The notes beneath the pieces were generated by a model. The model ran no database searches. It was given only the letters and a program-made list of their open reading frames with translations, and was not told the DNA's origin. A program made the position numbers and the translations under genes. A stretch of 64,000 bases of DNA from a virus (taxonomy: Duplodnaviria; Caudoviricetes), in the IMG/VR virus record IMGVR_UViG_3300043395_004688; one strand, 5' to 3'. Below are positions 49,777 to 59,435 of this stretch, one piece after another. Numbering within the stretch: position 1 is the stretch's first letter; each line of letters begins with the position of its first letter.

Positions 49777-50748
49777 ATGAGAAAATTCTTCTGTCCTGCG
49801 CCCTGGCGTTCAATTTATTATCATGTTGACAAAGCAGCAGTATGTTGTGTCAGTGCTAAGAAATTTAGCATGACACCAATGCAATTTGTTAACAGTGATT
49901 ATCTCAAAGAGCTAAGGCAAAAATTTTTAAACGAGGAATTTGACGACACCTGTATTACCTGCAAACGCTTAGAGGACGCAGGTTTACAAAGTGTTAGACA
50001 GCACATGGTTGGGCTATATGGAGAGAACATAACTTCTACTATAGATTACATGGAACTACGGACCAGCAATCTTTGTAATTTTCAATGTAAGATGTGCAAT
50101 GCAGAGTCAAGTTCATTGATTGCAAACGAAGTTTTTAACATAACAGATGAAAACTTCAATGAAATATTACTAATTGCTCAAAATTTAAAAACTCTAGTGC
50201 TCACTGGTGGCGAACCAATGCTGATAAAGCATTACTATGAGTTATTAGATCATTTAGCAATGCTTGGCAAACCAGATCTCAACCTACGCATATACACAAA
50301 TGCCAGCGTATACAATCCAATTTTTATAGAAAAGATTTTGAAGTTCAACACTAGGCTACATTTAAGCATTGACGCAGTAGGTGACACAGCAGTTGCACAA
50401 CGAACTGGGACCAACTGGACAGTAGTCAACGAAAATGTCAATAAGTTTTTAGAGCTTCCAATCCGTATTCAATTCCATACCACTCTGACCACAATATCAT
50501 TGTCAGACATTCATTCTTTGGCAAAGTATTTTTTTGATATAGCAACTAAAAAACCATCATGCACTTTTAATATTCATACAGCACGCCGGCCAGCACACTT
50601 GTCTGTGTTTAACATCGACAAAGACGAAATCCCAAAAACTGTTGAAAGCATTGATGCTGCATTAGAGATTCTTACTTTACCAAATTTTAACCAGTTTAGA
50701 AATCAACTGATATCTTGCCGCCGCGCCATAACTGCCAAACTCAAATAA
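49777..50748 (+). CDS. Radical SAM protein with N-terminal Cys cluster
   Basis: SNLCNFQCKMC (CxxxCxxC), LTGGEPML, YTNAS, LSIDA; N-terminal FCPAPW..CC and C..C cysteines. Confidence 0.88.
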   Translation: MRKFFCPAPWRSIYYHVDKAAVCCVSAKKFSMTPMQFVNSDYLKELRQKFLNEEFDDTCITCKRLEDAGLQSVRQHMVGLYGENITSTIDYMELRTSNLCNFQCKMCNAESSSLIANEVFNITDENFNEILLIAQNLKTLVLTGGEPMLIKHYYELLDHLAMLGKPDLNLRIYTNASVYNPIFIEKILKFNTRLHLSIDAVGDTAVAQRTGTNWTVVNENVNKFLELPIRIQFHTTLTTISLSDIHSLAKYFFDIATKKPSCTFNIHTARRPAHLSVFNIDKDEIPKTVESIDAALEILTLPNFNQFRNQLISCRRAITAKLK

Positions 50749-50825
50749 GACAAGTTGCCAATTTTTTCTTGACATTGCCAATGTCTTGTGTTAGAATATA
50801 AAATGACTTGTAAAGCGGATTTTTT

Positions 50826-51380
50826 ATGGCAATAGAAAGCAAGACTTGGATCACCAGCGACATCCATTTTTATCACCACAATATCTTAAAGTATTGTGCT
50901 GACTCGCGCCCCTACAGCGATGCCACGGAAATGAATGAGGTGATTGTTAGTCAATGGAATGCTATAATCAGTCCTATTGATCGAGTTTACATTCTAGGTG
51001 ATGTTGCATTTGCAGATGCTCAAAGGTCTGCTCGTATTGTCAACAGGTGCTTTGGTGAAAAGATTTTAATTACAGGAAATCATGATACCAAAAATCTCAA
51101 TGACTATAACTACAGGTCTTGTTTTTCTCAAATTCACAATTACCTAACTGTGAATCACAAGGGAACTTTTGTAGTAATGTTCCATTATCCAATTTGGGAA
51201 TGGGACCAAATGCATCAAGGTTCGGTACACTTTCATGGTCACTTGCATGGTCGTCCACATGGAATTCAAGGACGCATCATGGATGTAGGCATGGATCTCA
51301 ATGGGTGTACTCCGTTTTTGTTAGATGATGTGGTAAAACAGGCTCTACAGCAGCCTATACGCCAACATTATGCAAGGTAG
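50826..51380 (+). CDS. Calcineurin-like metallophosphoesterase
   Basis: SDIHF.H, ILGDV, GNHD, MFHYP, FHGHLH, DVGMD. Confidence 0.9.
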   Translation: MAIESKTWITSDIHFYHHNILKYCADSRPYSDATEMNEVIVSQWNAIISPIDRVYILGDVAFADAQRSARIVNRCFGEKILITGNHDTKNLNDYNYRSCFSQIHNYLTVNHKGTFVVMFHYPIWEWDQMHQGSVHFHGHLHGRPHGIQGRIMDVGMDLNGCTPFLLDDVVKQALQQPIRQHYAR

Positions 51381-51458
51381 TTTGGAAATTACCCAGCAAA
51401 AATCGTGGTAAATACTAGTATGCAGTTTCCACTGCATTTTTTAAAGGAAATTAAACTA

Positions 51459-52022
51459 ATGAAGAAGCTATTTGTAATTGCGGCACTTGCCGTAGCCACT
51501 CTGAGTGGTCAGGCTATTGCAGCCGATTCCGTTACCTTGGAAGGTCAATCCATTCAGGGTCGTGATGGTGCTGCTGATGCCAAAAACTTTAACATGACTG
51601 TTCGTAGAGACATCAACTCTATTCTAAGTGGACATGTTCAAGCTAGTGGCACACAGACTGACACTACAAATGCACTGACAAATCGACTAGAGGCTGGCCT
51701 AACAGCTTCCATCAAGCTTGTTGGTCCATTCAGTGGGTACACAACAGTCGCAGCCGGTGAAGCGTTTAGAGCTGTGGGCAACTACAGTTACTATTCTGTG
51801 GAGCCTGGCGTTCGTGCTGCCCTTGGTGCTGGCCTTTCGGCCCATGCTGGTTATCGCTATCGTGCTGCCTTTGATAGCGCCATTGCTGATACTACCAGTA
51901 CAGCTCGCGTAGGTCTGTCTTATGCCATTACCAAGCAAGACAGCATTGGTGTTCGCTATGACAGAGTCATGCAAGATGCCAAGCAAGATGTTTTTGCATT
52001 GAACTACACTCGTAGTTTCTAA
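51459..52022 (+). CDS. Outer-membrane beta-barrel protein
   Basis: Signal peptide MKKLFVIAALAVATLSGQAIA, amphipathic strands, C-terminal YTRSF; AAGGA RBS before 51459. Confidence 0.8.
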   Translation: MKKLFVIAALAVATLSGQAIAADSVTLEGQSIQGRDGAADAKNFNMTVRRDINSILSGHVQASGTQTDTTNALTNRLEAGLTASIKLVGPFSGYTTVAAGEAFRAVGNYSYYSVEPGVRAALGAGLSAHAGYRYRAAFDSAIADTTSTARVGLSYAITKQDSIGVRYDRVMQDAKQDVFALNYTRSF

Positions 52023-52049
52023 GCCAATCTAAATTAGATTAGTTTAGCC

Positions 52050-52081
52050 AAAGCCACCGTAACTGGTGGCTTTGTTCTTTT
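52050..52081 (+). terminator. Rho-independent terminator
   Basis: AAAGCCACC-GTAACT-GGTGGCTTT followed by T-rich tract. Confidence 0.8.
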
Positions 52082-52142
52082 TATGCACAGTAAGTATAGT
52101 GCATAGACATTAGTCGTGCAACACACTCACAGGAGAAATAAA

Positions 52143-52415
52143 ATGAGTAACTCAACTCAAGCCACAAATGGCTACATGATTCGTTTGGAAGTGCTAAAGA
52201 TGGCACTGGGAATTGTTGAACAAGAATTCCACACCAAGCGAGATGTTATCCAATCTCAATTTCAAATGGCCGTTGACTTTGCGCGAGCAAAGGCCAACGC
52301 ACAAGGCTATTCGGATGTTGAATTCCCAACCCAACCGGAATTGCCAGCGTTTCCAACGCCAGAAGAAATTAAGAACAAGGCCAGTGAATTGTACCAATTC
52401 ATAACCACAAAGTAA
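52143..52415 (+). CDS. Hypothetical protein
   Basis: AGGAG RBS before ATG 52143. Confidence 0.75.
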   Translation: MSNSTQATNGYMIRLEVLKMALGIVEQEFHTKRDVIQSQFQMAVDFARAKANAQGYSDVEFPTQPELPAFPTPEEIKNKASELYQFITTK

Positions 52416-52523
52416 TGTAGCCATAAGGGGTCTATGTGGTAACATATCATATAGACTTCCTAGCAGACTAATGTTATAATGATATCAGCATCACAAAGTG
52501 ATGTATAAGAAAAGGAAACTAAA

Positions 52524-52802
52524 ATGTTGAAGAAGTTCGATGAAACCACCAAGCAGTATAAGCTGTTCCGTGCTCTTGTAATTAACGGTGAGTCTCTCAC
52601 CGAAGCCGCTATCCAGAAGCGTTTTGGCATCAAGAACCCTACCGCTACAATCAGCCAGATTCGTCAGCGTGGTTATGCTGTTTATGCTAACAGCCGTAAG
52701 GCTGGCAACGGCGTTCAGGTTACTGAATACCGTCATGGTGAAGCCAGCCGCAAGATGGTTGCTCTTGCTTATAAGGCACAGAGCATGGGCATCACAGTCT
52801 AA
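52524..52802 (+). CDS. Small winged-helix-like DNA-binding protein
   Basis: ESLTEAAIQKRFGIKNPTATISQIRQRGYAV HTH-like segment; AAGGA RBS. Confidence 0.6.
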   Translation: MLKKFDETTKQYKLFRALVINGESLTEAAIQKRFGIKNPTATISQIRQRGYAVYANSRKAGNGVQVTEYRHGEASRKMVALAYKAQSMGITV

Positions 52803-52836
52803 TATAGTAGCTCAAGCTATTAATTAGACAAGAAAG

Positions 52837-52862
52837 GCTCGCTGGCAACAGCGAGCTTTTTT
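52837..52862 (+). terminator. Rho-independent terminator
   Basis: GCTCGCTG-GCAA-CAGCGAGC-TTTTTT. Confidence 0.85.
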
Positions 52863-52903
52863 CTTAGGTTGACAATGATTTTTCTTTAGGGTAAAATACT
52901 AGT

Positions 52904-53122
52904 ATGAAGAAGTTGGAAATTGACAAAGAAACAGCGGACCGCATTACGGTCCTCAACCTCAAAGACTATCGTTCTTATCTTAAGAAGGAGTTGTCTGAAT
53001 GGAAGAAGAATCCTCATTCTGATGACAATCCTACTGGTGTATGGATGCACCCAGAAGATGTCAGCGGTAACATTCTCAGAATAGAAGCACTAAATTTGAT
53101 TATTAAAGACTACGGAGCGTAA
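52904..53122 (+). CDS. Hypothetical protein
   Basis: TTGACA-17-TAAAAT (52869-52897) directly ahead of the ATG. Confidence 0.7.
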   Translation: MKKLEIDKETADRITVLNLKDYRSYLKKELSEWKKNPHSDDNPTGVWMHPEDVSGNILRIEALNLIIKDYGA

Positions 53123-53123
53123 C

Positions 53124-53717
53124 ATGAATCAAGATTTAGATACAAAATTGTGTACTGACTTTCCTAAAATTTTTCGTGATCGAAATGCACCAATGACCCA
53201 AACTTGTATGTGCTGGGGATTTGATCACGGAGATGGTTGGTATAATATTATTAGAAATGCTTGCTCACTGATTCAAAGCCACATTGACTGGACTAGAAAT
53301 GATCGCGCTCGTACACTGAGGTTTAATCGTGCTCTGCGTCAGGCCATTGCTGGTAACCGCGCAGCCTTGATGCGTTTTTATTCCACGGGCGGCCGCAAAC
53401 CCAGCGAATGGTTTTTGAATCAGATTGAAGAAGAAATTGCAGAGAAAAAATTTCGTAAGGTAAAGCCTGCATGTCCACAAGTTGTAGCAACACAAATCAA
53501 AGAAAAATTTGGCACTTTGCGTTTTTACTACAACGGTGGTGATGACATGGTTGACGGAGTAGTGCGTATGGCCGAAGCGATGTCTGCCGTAACCTGTGAA
53601 ACCTGCGGCAATGAAGGCAAAACTCGTAGTGGTGGATGGATCCGTACACTCTGTGACGAACACGAAAAGGCTTATCAAGAACGCAATGGTATTGCTGTAG
53701 GTGACGACAATGAGTAA
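53124..53717 (+). CDS. Hypothetical phage protein
   Basis: GDGWY.II...QIKEKFGTLRFYY...TCETCG motif seen in many large phages. Confidence 0.75.
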   Translation: MNQDLDTKLCTDFPKIFRDRNAPMTQTCMCWGFDHGDGWYNIIRNACSLIQSHIDWTRNDRARTLRFNRALRQAIAGNRAALMRFYSTGGRKPSEWFLNQIEEEIAEKKFRKVKPACPQVVATQIKEKFGTLRFYYNGGDDMVDGVVRMAEAMSAVTCETCGNEGKTRSGGWIRTLCDEHEKAYQERNGIAVGDDNE

Positions 53718-53931
53718 AATTAATTGGGAACTGTGTGGTGCAATCACAGCATTGTGTGTTTGCGTGTATATGTTGTTTACAATTCCAATGCCTAGCTATA
53801 GAGTATACGACTGCAGGATAGCAGAGATTAGTCCTGACTTTCCACTAAAGGCCAAGGAAGAATGTAGGAAACAGTATGCCAACACCAGGTGGAACCCTAT
53901 AGCACCTGCTCAAGCCAGCGAAGAAAAATGA
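53710..53931 (+). CDS. Small membrane protein
   Basis: N-terminal hydrophobic helix, YDCRIAEISPDFP. Confidence 0.6.
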   Translation: MSKINWELCGAITALCVCVYMLFTIPMPSYRVYDCRIAEISPDFPLKAKEECRKQYANTRWNPIAPAQASEEK

Positions 53932-54395
53932 AAACTGTATTTTATAAAAAGGTTGGTCGTCGATATGTTCCGGTAAGTGAGTACGACTCGCAACTGTGCG
54001 ATGCCTTTCCCAAAGGCGATCACTTGGTTCAATGTTATCCAGGTGGAAGTCTGCGGAGGTTCAATGTTAATCCTAAGCTTGCACCAATGATTGCGGCTGG
54101 TCGAGTAGCTGAGGAAGAAATCAGTCAAGCTGTTATGAAAGCCAGTGAAATTCATATGCAAAGGTCCGAGCAAGAGCGAGCATTAACTCCAAGTCAAAAG
54201 CAAGCTTGGGAAAATCTCATTCATGAGTTTGGTGAAGGTGCAAGATACCTGGCCTGGCCAAGTGCCAGGGAAATTGCTGAAGCAGGTGTCAATGCAATGG
54301 TTGCTCAAGCTCAAGAATTGCTGTCAAATCCAATGGTAAAAGCAGCTTATGATGAGTTTGAAGCCACTTGTAAATTAGTTTCTCAATCTAAGTAA
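53928..54395 (+). CDS. Hypothetical protein
   Basis: MKTVFYKKVGRRYVPV start, ATGA overlap. Confidence 0.7.
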   Translation: MKTVFYKKVGRRYVPVSEYDSQLCDAFPKGDHLVQCYPGGSLRRFNVNPKLAPMIAAGRVAEEEISQAVMKASEIHMQRSEQERALTPSQKQAWENLIHEFGEGARYLAWPSAREIAEAGVNAMVAQAQELLSNPMVKAAYDEFEATCKLVSQSK

Positions 54396-54962
54396 AACTT
54401 CCTCGCAACTTAGTCTAGTTCTATTAACCTTGCATTGCAATACCACACTAATTGCAATGCGAGGTTTTTCTTTGGTAAACACAACATGCGGTATACCAGC
54501 ATGTATCAAATTGGCGCCACTGAGAACAGCCTCATCTATTAAAATACATTCTTCTCTTGGCCAGCTGAGATAAGGTGACACTTGCTTTTTGTTTAACACA
54601 GTAGGCGCTTTGTTTATGTCAAAGTGGCCTTTGGCACCTTCCTTCAAACTGAACCATTGCATTGGCGCATCCTCGCCCCCAATGATAAAATTTATCTTGC
54701 TACAAGACTCTGTAATATGATCTAAGTCTGTGTGTATTCTACGCACACTACAATGAGCAGGCAAATAAAATATTTCAGCAAAGCTTATGTGCAGGTTCTT
54801 TGAGTCTGCCCACTCAAACAGCTTTGCTGAAAGTTTGCTGGTAGGAAATCCAAAATGTTTTGCGTCGGTTAATTCCCATAGGTAGTCAAACTGTCCATTG
54901 TCATCAACAGCCCATGGGCATTCAATGGCTTGATAGTTTATGCCCATTGCATAGCCTGCCAA
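54375..54962 (-). CDS. Cupin / 2OG-Fe(II)-like protein
   Basis: IHTD...KINF...HAGIPHVV jelly-roll metal motifs. Confidence 0.55.
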   Translation of the reverse strand: MAGYAMGINYQAIECPWAVDDNGQFDYLWELTDAKHFGFPTSKLSAKLFEWADSKNLHISFAEIFYLPAHCSVRRIHTDLDHITESCSKINFIIGGEDAPMQWFSLKEGAKGHFDINKAPTVLNKKQVSPYLSWPREECILIDEAVLSGANLIHAGIPHVVFTKEKPRIAISVVLQCKVNRTRLSCEEVLLRLRN

Positions 54963-55747
54963 TGCATTCTAATAGTAACATAATCTTTTCCAAAATAATC
55001 AGACCCGCGCATGGGCTTAAACAGCAAGCGATTGCAATTTGGATTTGACAATATCTTTTTTACTATGTCCTGTGCTGCATCTGAAGATTTGGCAAAGAAC
55101 ACCTTGTTCTTGCACCACATAAAGGGGAATAACAGATTCTCTTGTTGGGCAAGAACAGTAGCCCAAGTACGAAGCGGCGCACCAGTACACCAATCATCTA
55201 CAATATAAACACCGTTGTTGGATAACAAAGGAACACACCGACGCATGGTTGTTAGGTTTTCTTCTACCCCATCACCATAATCATGATGTATAATATCAAA
55301 TCTCTGCTCGCTGCCTAGTTCAGATTCTGACAGCAGGCATGTTAAATTCAACTGCTTGTTAGTTAGGCGATTGGTTCGTTCAATGATCCACTGTGCAGCT
55401 TCTTCTGGTGCAACAAGTTTTCCTAACTGATTTATTTCTTCAGGTGTCAGGCAGCGGTTAAAATGGTCAGTGTACCAGGCTCCACTACGCCCCTGTGTTT
55501 TTGCTCCAATGAATTCTAAATGATCTACACCAACAAAGTTGACATCAGTATGCCCGGTTTCATACAAGGCTTCGTTGAATGCAGCAACGCCGCCGCCAAT
55601 GTAAGAACCTAGCTCTAAAAAATTGTTAATCTTAGGCAAACTACCAAACAGCATCCAGCTTCCAATGATGTCTTCAGGAGGACTTAGCATACCAAGCTTT
55701 AGCAAGTGTTCATAGATGTTTTTTAAATTGCGCCAGGAATAGTCCAT
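54938..55747 (-). CDS. Class I SAM-dependent methyltransferase
   Basis: FLELGSYIGG motif I, VGVDH, FDIIHHD, GVYIVDD. Confidence 0.78.
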   Translation of the reverse strand: MDYSWRNLKNIYEHLLKLGMLSPPEDIIGSWMLFGSLPKINNFLELGSYIGGGVAAFNEALYETGHTDVNFVGVDHLEFIGAKTQGRSGAWYTDHFNRCLTPEEINQLGKLVAPEEAAQWIIERTNRLTNKQLNLTCLLSESELGSEQRFDIIHHDYGDGVEENLTTMRRCVPLLSNNGVYIVDDWCTGAPLRTWATVLAQQENLLFPFMWCKNKVFFAKSSDAAQDIVKKILSNPNCNRLLFKPMRGSDYFGKDYVTIRMHWQAMQWA

Positions 55748-55769
55748 TTCTTCTCCTATAAATATCTGT

Positions 55770-56315
55770 ATGATCGATAACTATTTTGTCTACGAAACCC
55801 CAGATTTTTTAGACCTTGCCTACATACAGCAACTAGTTATGCAAAAACTAGAAACTGACTTTGTCCGGCAAGGTTATGTGCGTATTGATGCAACGCAAGA
55901 TCTGTACTTGTCATCTGTAATGAGAGATTTTGACTTCCTTGGATCTTGGTTGAACATATATCATACTCCGCAGAACGGTTATATACCGTTGCACATTGAT
56001 GGTCACCGCCTGGCTGCATTCAATATACCCATTAGCGGCTGTGATGAAACTAGTCATACCATATGGTACGAACCAGTTACTGAATGGGTTAAAACTTACA
56101 AGCCAGATGAGCGACACTACCGAGTTTCAGGTGAAATGGTTGAAGTTTATCGATTTTCTCTAACAAGGCCAGCACTAATTCGCAATGATGTTGCTCATGA
56201 TGTGAAAAGAACCAATGCATCTGAAACAAGGATTATTGCCAGTTGGGGATGCAGTGGTTCTTTTAAAGAATGTCGTGATAAATTTAAAGATTGTCTAGAG
56301 AATAAACTTGGTTGA
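55770..56315 (+). CDS. Cupin / 2OG-Fe(II)-like protein
   Basis: IPLHIDG...FNIPI...NDVAHDV...R..AS. Confidence 0.6.
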   Translation: MIDNYFVYETPDFLDLAYIQQLVMQKLETDFVRQGYVRIDATQDLYLSSVMRDFDFLGSWLNIYHTPQNGYIPLHIDGHRLAAFNIPISGCDETSHTIWYEPVTEWVKTYKPDERHYRVSGEMVEVYRFSLTRPALIRNDVAHDVKRTNASETRIIASWGCSGSFKECRDKFKDCLENKLG

Positions 56316-57185
56316 ATCTAACTCAAGTCCACTAAAAATGTCTCCGTCGGCCAGCATATCAAAGGGATGCTTTTTGCCATAAAATTCATTTTGTGTCCAG
56401 CATTGGTCAACAGGATCGTAATCCCACCAAGGGCTAAATCCCAATACAAAATGAATCCTTGGGTGCGCCGACGGTGCATTGGCAAAAACTCTATGTGGAA
56501 TATGTGTATCCCAGCTGTATGCATGTCCAACAGGCAAATGCGTAGCTGGCTTGCCTTCAATTTCAAAAAGATAATCTTGATTGGTTAATATTGGAATGTT
56601 AATTCTAATATTTTCAAAGATGCGCTCATCCTTGTGCCAGCCACCTTCTTCTTTTCTGCGCTGATCAAAAGCAGTATCTCCGTGGATAATGCTTAGTCTA
56701 CTGCGTATGCGAGTGCGCTTGCTTCTGGCCATTAGCTCACCTATGCTTTTGAATCCACTGGCCATGGTAGGAGAATTCATCCCGTAGCCATCAAAATAAC
56801 CATTTTTTAAGACCTTGTGCTCAACTGTAACTCCATAAAAAAATCCACCATTGAGTAAGCTGTTGAGAGCAGTTCCTAGGGTACTTGAGTGCTGATCTAG
56901 CGAGTCAACGTGATTGGGATTATGTACCAAGCTGAAACCGGTGTAGTAGTCACTGATTCCATCGCTGGAAATCCAGCCATGCTCTCCATAGATTTTAGTA
57001 GCTTCCCAAATGTCATTGGTGAGAACTTGAGGGTCAAAATCTTTAATGTTAAAACAAAGCAACTTGTTGTAGTCACGAGCTGGCTTTACAGCTCGTTGAG
57101 CGTCCTTCCAATCGCTTTGACTATACAGCCATTTTATTATGGTGCTAGAGTCTGGGCAATCTTTGACATAGTATTTTTTTGACAT
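56295..57185 (-). CDS. Asp/Asn beta-hydroxylase-like 2OG-Fe(II) oxygenase
   Basis: WHKD...RINIPILTN...HLPVGHAYSWDTHIPHRV...RIHFV. Confidence 0.7.
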   Translation of the reverse strand: MSKKYYVKDCPDSSTIIKWLYSQSDWKDAQRAVKPARDYNKLLCFNIKDFDPQVLTNDIWEATKIYGEHGWISSDGISDYYTGFSLVHNPNHVDSLDQHSSTLGTALNSLLNGGFFYGVTVEHKVLKNGYFDGYGMNSPTMASGFKSIGELMARSKRTRIRSRLSIIHGDTAFDQRRKEEGGWHKDERIFENIRINIPILTNQDYLFEIEGKPATHLPVGHAYSWDTHIPHRVFANAPSAHPRIHFVLGFSPWWDYDPVDQCWTQNEFYGKKHPFDMLADGDIFSGLELDSTKFIL

Positions 57186-57306
57186 AACGCTTCTTTTTCT
57201 CCAAATCTTGATAAGTAGCTGAGCAAAGATATTTAGTTACTACACTTCAGCATAAATAACTCATAGAAACAGTCTCATATTAGTGAGATAAATTTGGAGA
57301 ACAGCA

Positions 57307-57618
57307 ATGTTTGTAATCACTCAACATTTTAGAAAACCTGATGAGGAAGGCTCCTTTTACAGCTTCCCAGCAGATTATCAATCGCACATTAATAACACTT
57401 ATAGAAGCACAAACAAGCTTCTGGATACCACTGCTGAATTCAATGCAGTTGATAAAGTACTGATTGTAGTAAATCGCTGGGCCAGCGAAGCTGCTTTCAA
57501 TGAGTACAAGGCAGATCCGGTGGTAGTGCAGAATTTAGCAGCACGTGAAACTTATAATACAGCGAATGGCATTAACATGACTCTTCGTGCTACACACGAA
57601 GAAGCTGATCCTGTTTAA
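57307..57618 (+). CDS. ABM/dimeric alpha-beta barrel-like small protein
   Basis: LIVVNRWASEAAFNEY pattern; GGAG RBS; TAAATA upstream. Confidence 0.5.
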   Translation: MFVITQHFRKPDEEGSFYSFPADYQSHINNTYRSTNKLLDTTAEFNAVDKVLIVVNRWASEAAFNEYKADPVVVQNLAARETYNTANGINMTLRATHEEADPV

Positions 57619-57646
57619 TTAAATTTTAACTTAACTTAGACCAATG

Positions 57647-57675
57647 TGAATCCGGCGTCGCCGGATTCATTTTTT
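57647..57675. terminator. Terminator between convergent genes
   Basis: TGAATCCGGC-GTC-GCCGGATTCA-TTTTTT. Confidence 0.85.
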
Positions 57676-58785
57676 AAAAGAGTTGTTGGGATTATAAAAG
57701 CTATCTAAGTCACCAACAAAATTAAAATCGTTATCCATACCAACATGAGCATGTCTGGCTCTAACAATGTGATATAGGCTTCCATACTTGGACTTGTGTT
57801 CGTATGCCGAATCTTGCATAAAGTCAGCTACTAGTTTTCTAGGATACCATTTGGTAGAATCTGGTGTACCTTTGTGTTTGTGTTCCCGGTTAACCATGGC
57901 CCAGAGCTGAAACTCTTTGCTGGAGTAAAAGTGATCAAATCGTCCTTGCTCCATGATCTCGGCGTCAATGCCAACTTCGCCTGAGTTAAACATAAGCAAA
58001 TTTTGAAAAAAGCAAGATGTCCATTTTCCGGTTAAGTTCAAATACCAAAACAAGTCCCAGAGGCTAGAGATTTCGAATTTGGCTCGTCGAGCTAGCTTGG
58101 CCAACAGATCAGCATAAAATTCAGCATCGCTTAATTCTAGTTTAGCCCAAACAAAGTAGTCGACCAACTTTGCTTCTGACCACGGTTTAAGCAATTCTTC
58201 CATGCTAGTCCAATGCAATAGCGGACAGGTTTGGGTGGCTGGATGAAACAGCTGATCATTGAGTTCACCTGAAATTAGTATTGCATTTTTTTCTAATTTT
58301 ATACCAAAGTCAAACGCATTGATTAGTTTAATGTTGCTTCGCCGGATAAACTTTTCCCACATTGTGGGATTTTCTTCTCGGCTTAGATTAGTCATCACCA
58401 GTTCAATTCGGTGACCACATTGCTCTATGCCTAGTCGTTCAATAAAGCTAGAAAGTATTAGGCTAGAATCAATGCCACCAGAGTACATGATCCTAATAGG
58501 ACCATCTATTTTTTCCTGGCGGTGTAATAGTTCCGAGACTCTGGCTTGGCAGCATTCAACATATGACATTGAAAACTTTTCATCATAGTCCGGTAAAGCC
58601 AATGATTCAGGATAGCCTACATTGATTGGCAAGTTAATGGTACCTGTGCGATCAATATATGATGAGCTGGCTGTCAGTATAGAGCTGTACAAAAGTTTCC
58701 ACAAGCGAATGTCTTCGCTGTCGCCTTTGAAGTTTGAGGAGTGGTAGGCGTATAGTTGCTGTGTCATACAAATCCGTTTTTCCAA
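57667..58785 (-). CDS. Asparagine-synthetase-C-like PP-loop ATPase
   Basis: IMYSGGIDSSLIL and ILISGELNDQLF; no N-terminal glutaminase domain. Confidence 0.7.
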   Translation of the reverse strand: MEKRICMTQQLYAYHSSNFKGDSEDIRLWKLLYSSILTASSSYIDRTGTINLPINVGYPESLALPDYDEKFSMSYVECCQARVSELLHRQEKIDGPIRIMYSGGIDSSLILSSFIERLGIEQCGHRIELVMTNLSREENPTMWEKFIRRSNIKLINAFDFGIKLEKNAILISGELNDQLFHPATQTCPLLHWTSMEELLKPWSEAKLVDYFVWAKLELSDAEFYADLLAKLARRAKFEISSLWDLFWYLNLTGKWTSCFFQNLLMFNSGEVGIDAEIMEQGRFDHFYSSKEFQLWAMVNREHKHKGTPDSTKWYPRKLVADFMQDSAYEHKSKYGSLYHIVRARHAHVGMDNDFNFVGDLDSFYNPNNSFKK

Positions 58786-59435
58786 AAGTGATTTTGGATT
58801 CTTTGTCTAATAGTTTTAACTTCTCTAATTGTTTGCGCGACTCTAATTTCCTCAAGAAACTTTTTTTGATACGAGTAGATCCTAAACTTTTTTGTTTGTC
58901 TTTCGTGATAGTCAAAATTTAACTCTCGCAGGGCCTGTTCCGTAGTTAACCCATTGGCAAGAGCATATTCTTGAAGCAGTTCTTCGTTGGTCAGGGCATA
59001 TTCAACTGCGCTGTCGTAGTCTATGTCTCCATAACCCATTGCATATTCACCCAGTATGAGATAACAAGTAAACAGCATGTTTTTTATAGCCGACGCTTTT
59101 TCAGCTACCAATAACTTTTTATCCACAAGTGCTTCTGTGTCATTAATGATTTCTATTAGATCAACTTGTCTGTTCCAACGATCCTCCTTCCACTTGCGAT
59201 GATTTTCGAGAGTAAAGGAAGGAGTGGCAAACTTCGCTACAGGTGAATCAAATTGTACAGTTCTTGTAATTGAATTAAAGGTAATTTTTCTCAACTCAGT
59301 TATAACCGGTAAACCAAACTGCGGAGTCAAAGGAGTGGCGTACAACACAGCCTGAGTTGATAAGTCAATGAGGAAGCATCCAGGATATTTGATGCGGCCT
59401 GACTCAAGTGTTTTACGCTTTTCCTTTGCCATCAA
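58764..59435 (-). CDS. Hypothetical protein
   Basis: 223-aa ORF coupled within the minus-strand operon. Confidence 0.65.
   Translation of the reverse strand: MMAKEKRKTLESGRIKYPGCFLIDLSTQAVLYATPLTPQFGLPVITELRKITFNSITRTVQFDSPVAKFATPSFTLENHRKWKEDRWNRQVDLIEIINDTEALVDKKLLVAEKASAIKNMLFTCYLILGEYAMGYGDIDYDSAVEYALTNEELLQEYALANGLTTEQALRELNFDYHERQTKKFRIYSYQKKFLEEIRVAQTIREVKTIRQRIQNHFWKNGFV

Noticed and set aside
57186-57306. Lasso-peptide precursor near the Asn-synthetase-like genes
   Set aside because: No short ORF with a Thr(-2)/Gly(+1) and Asp/Glu(8-9) pattern was found by eye; the gap holds divergent late promoters.
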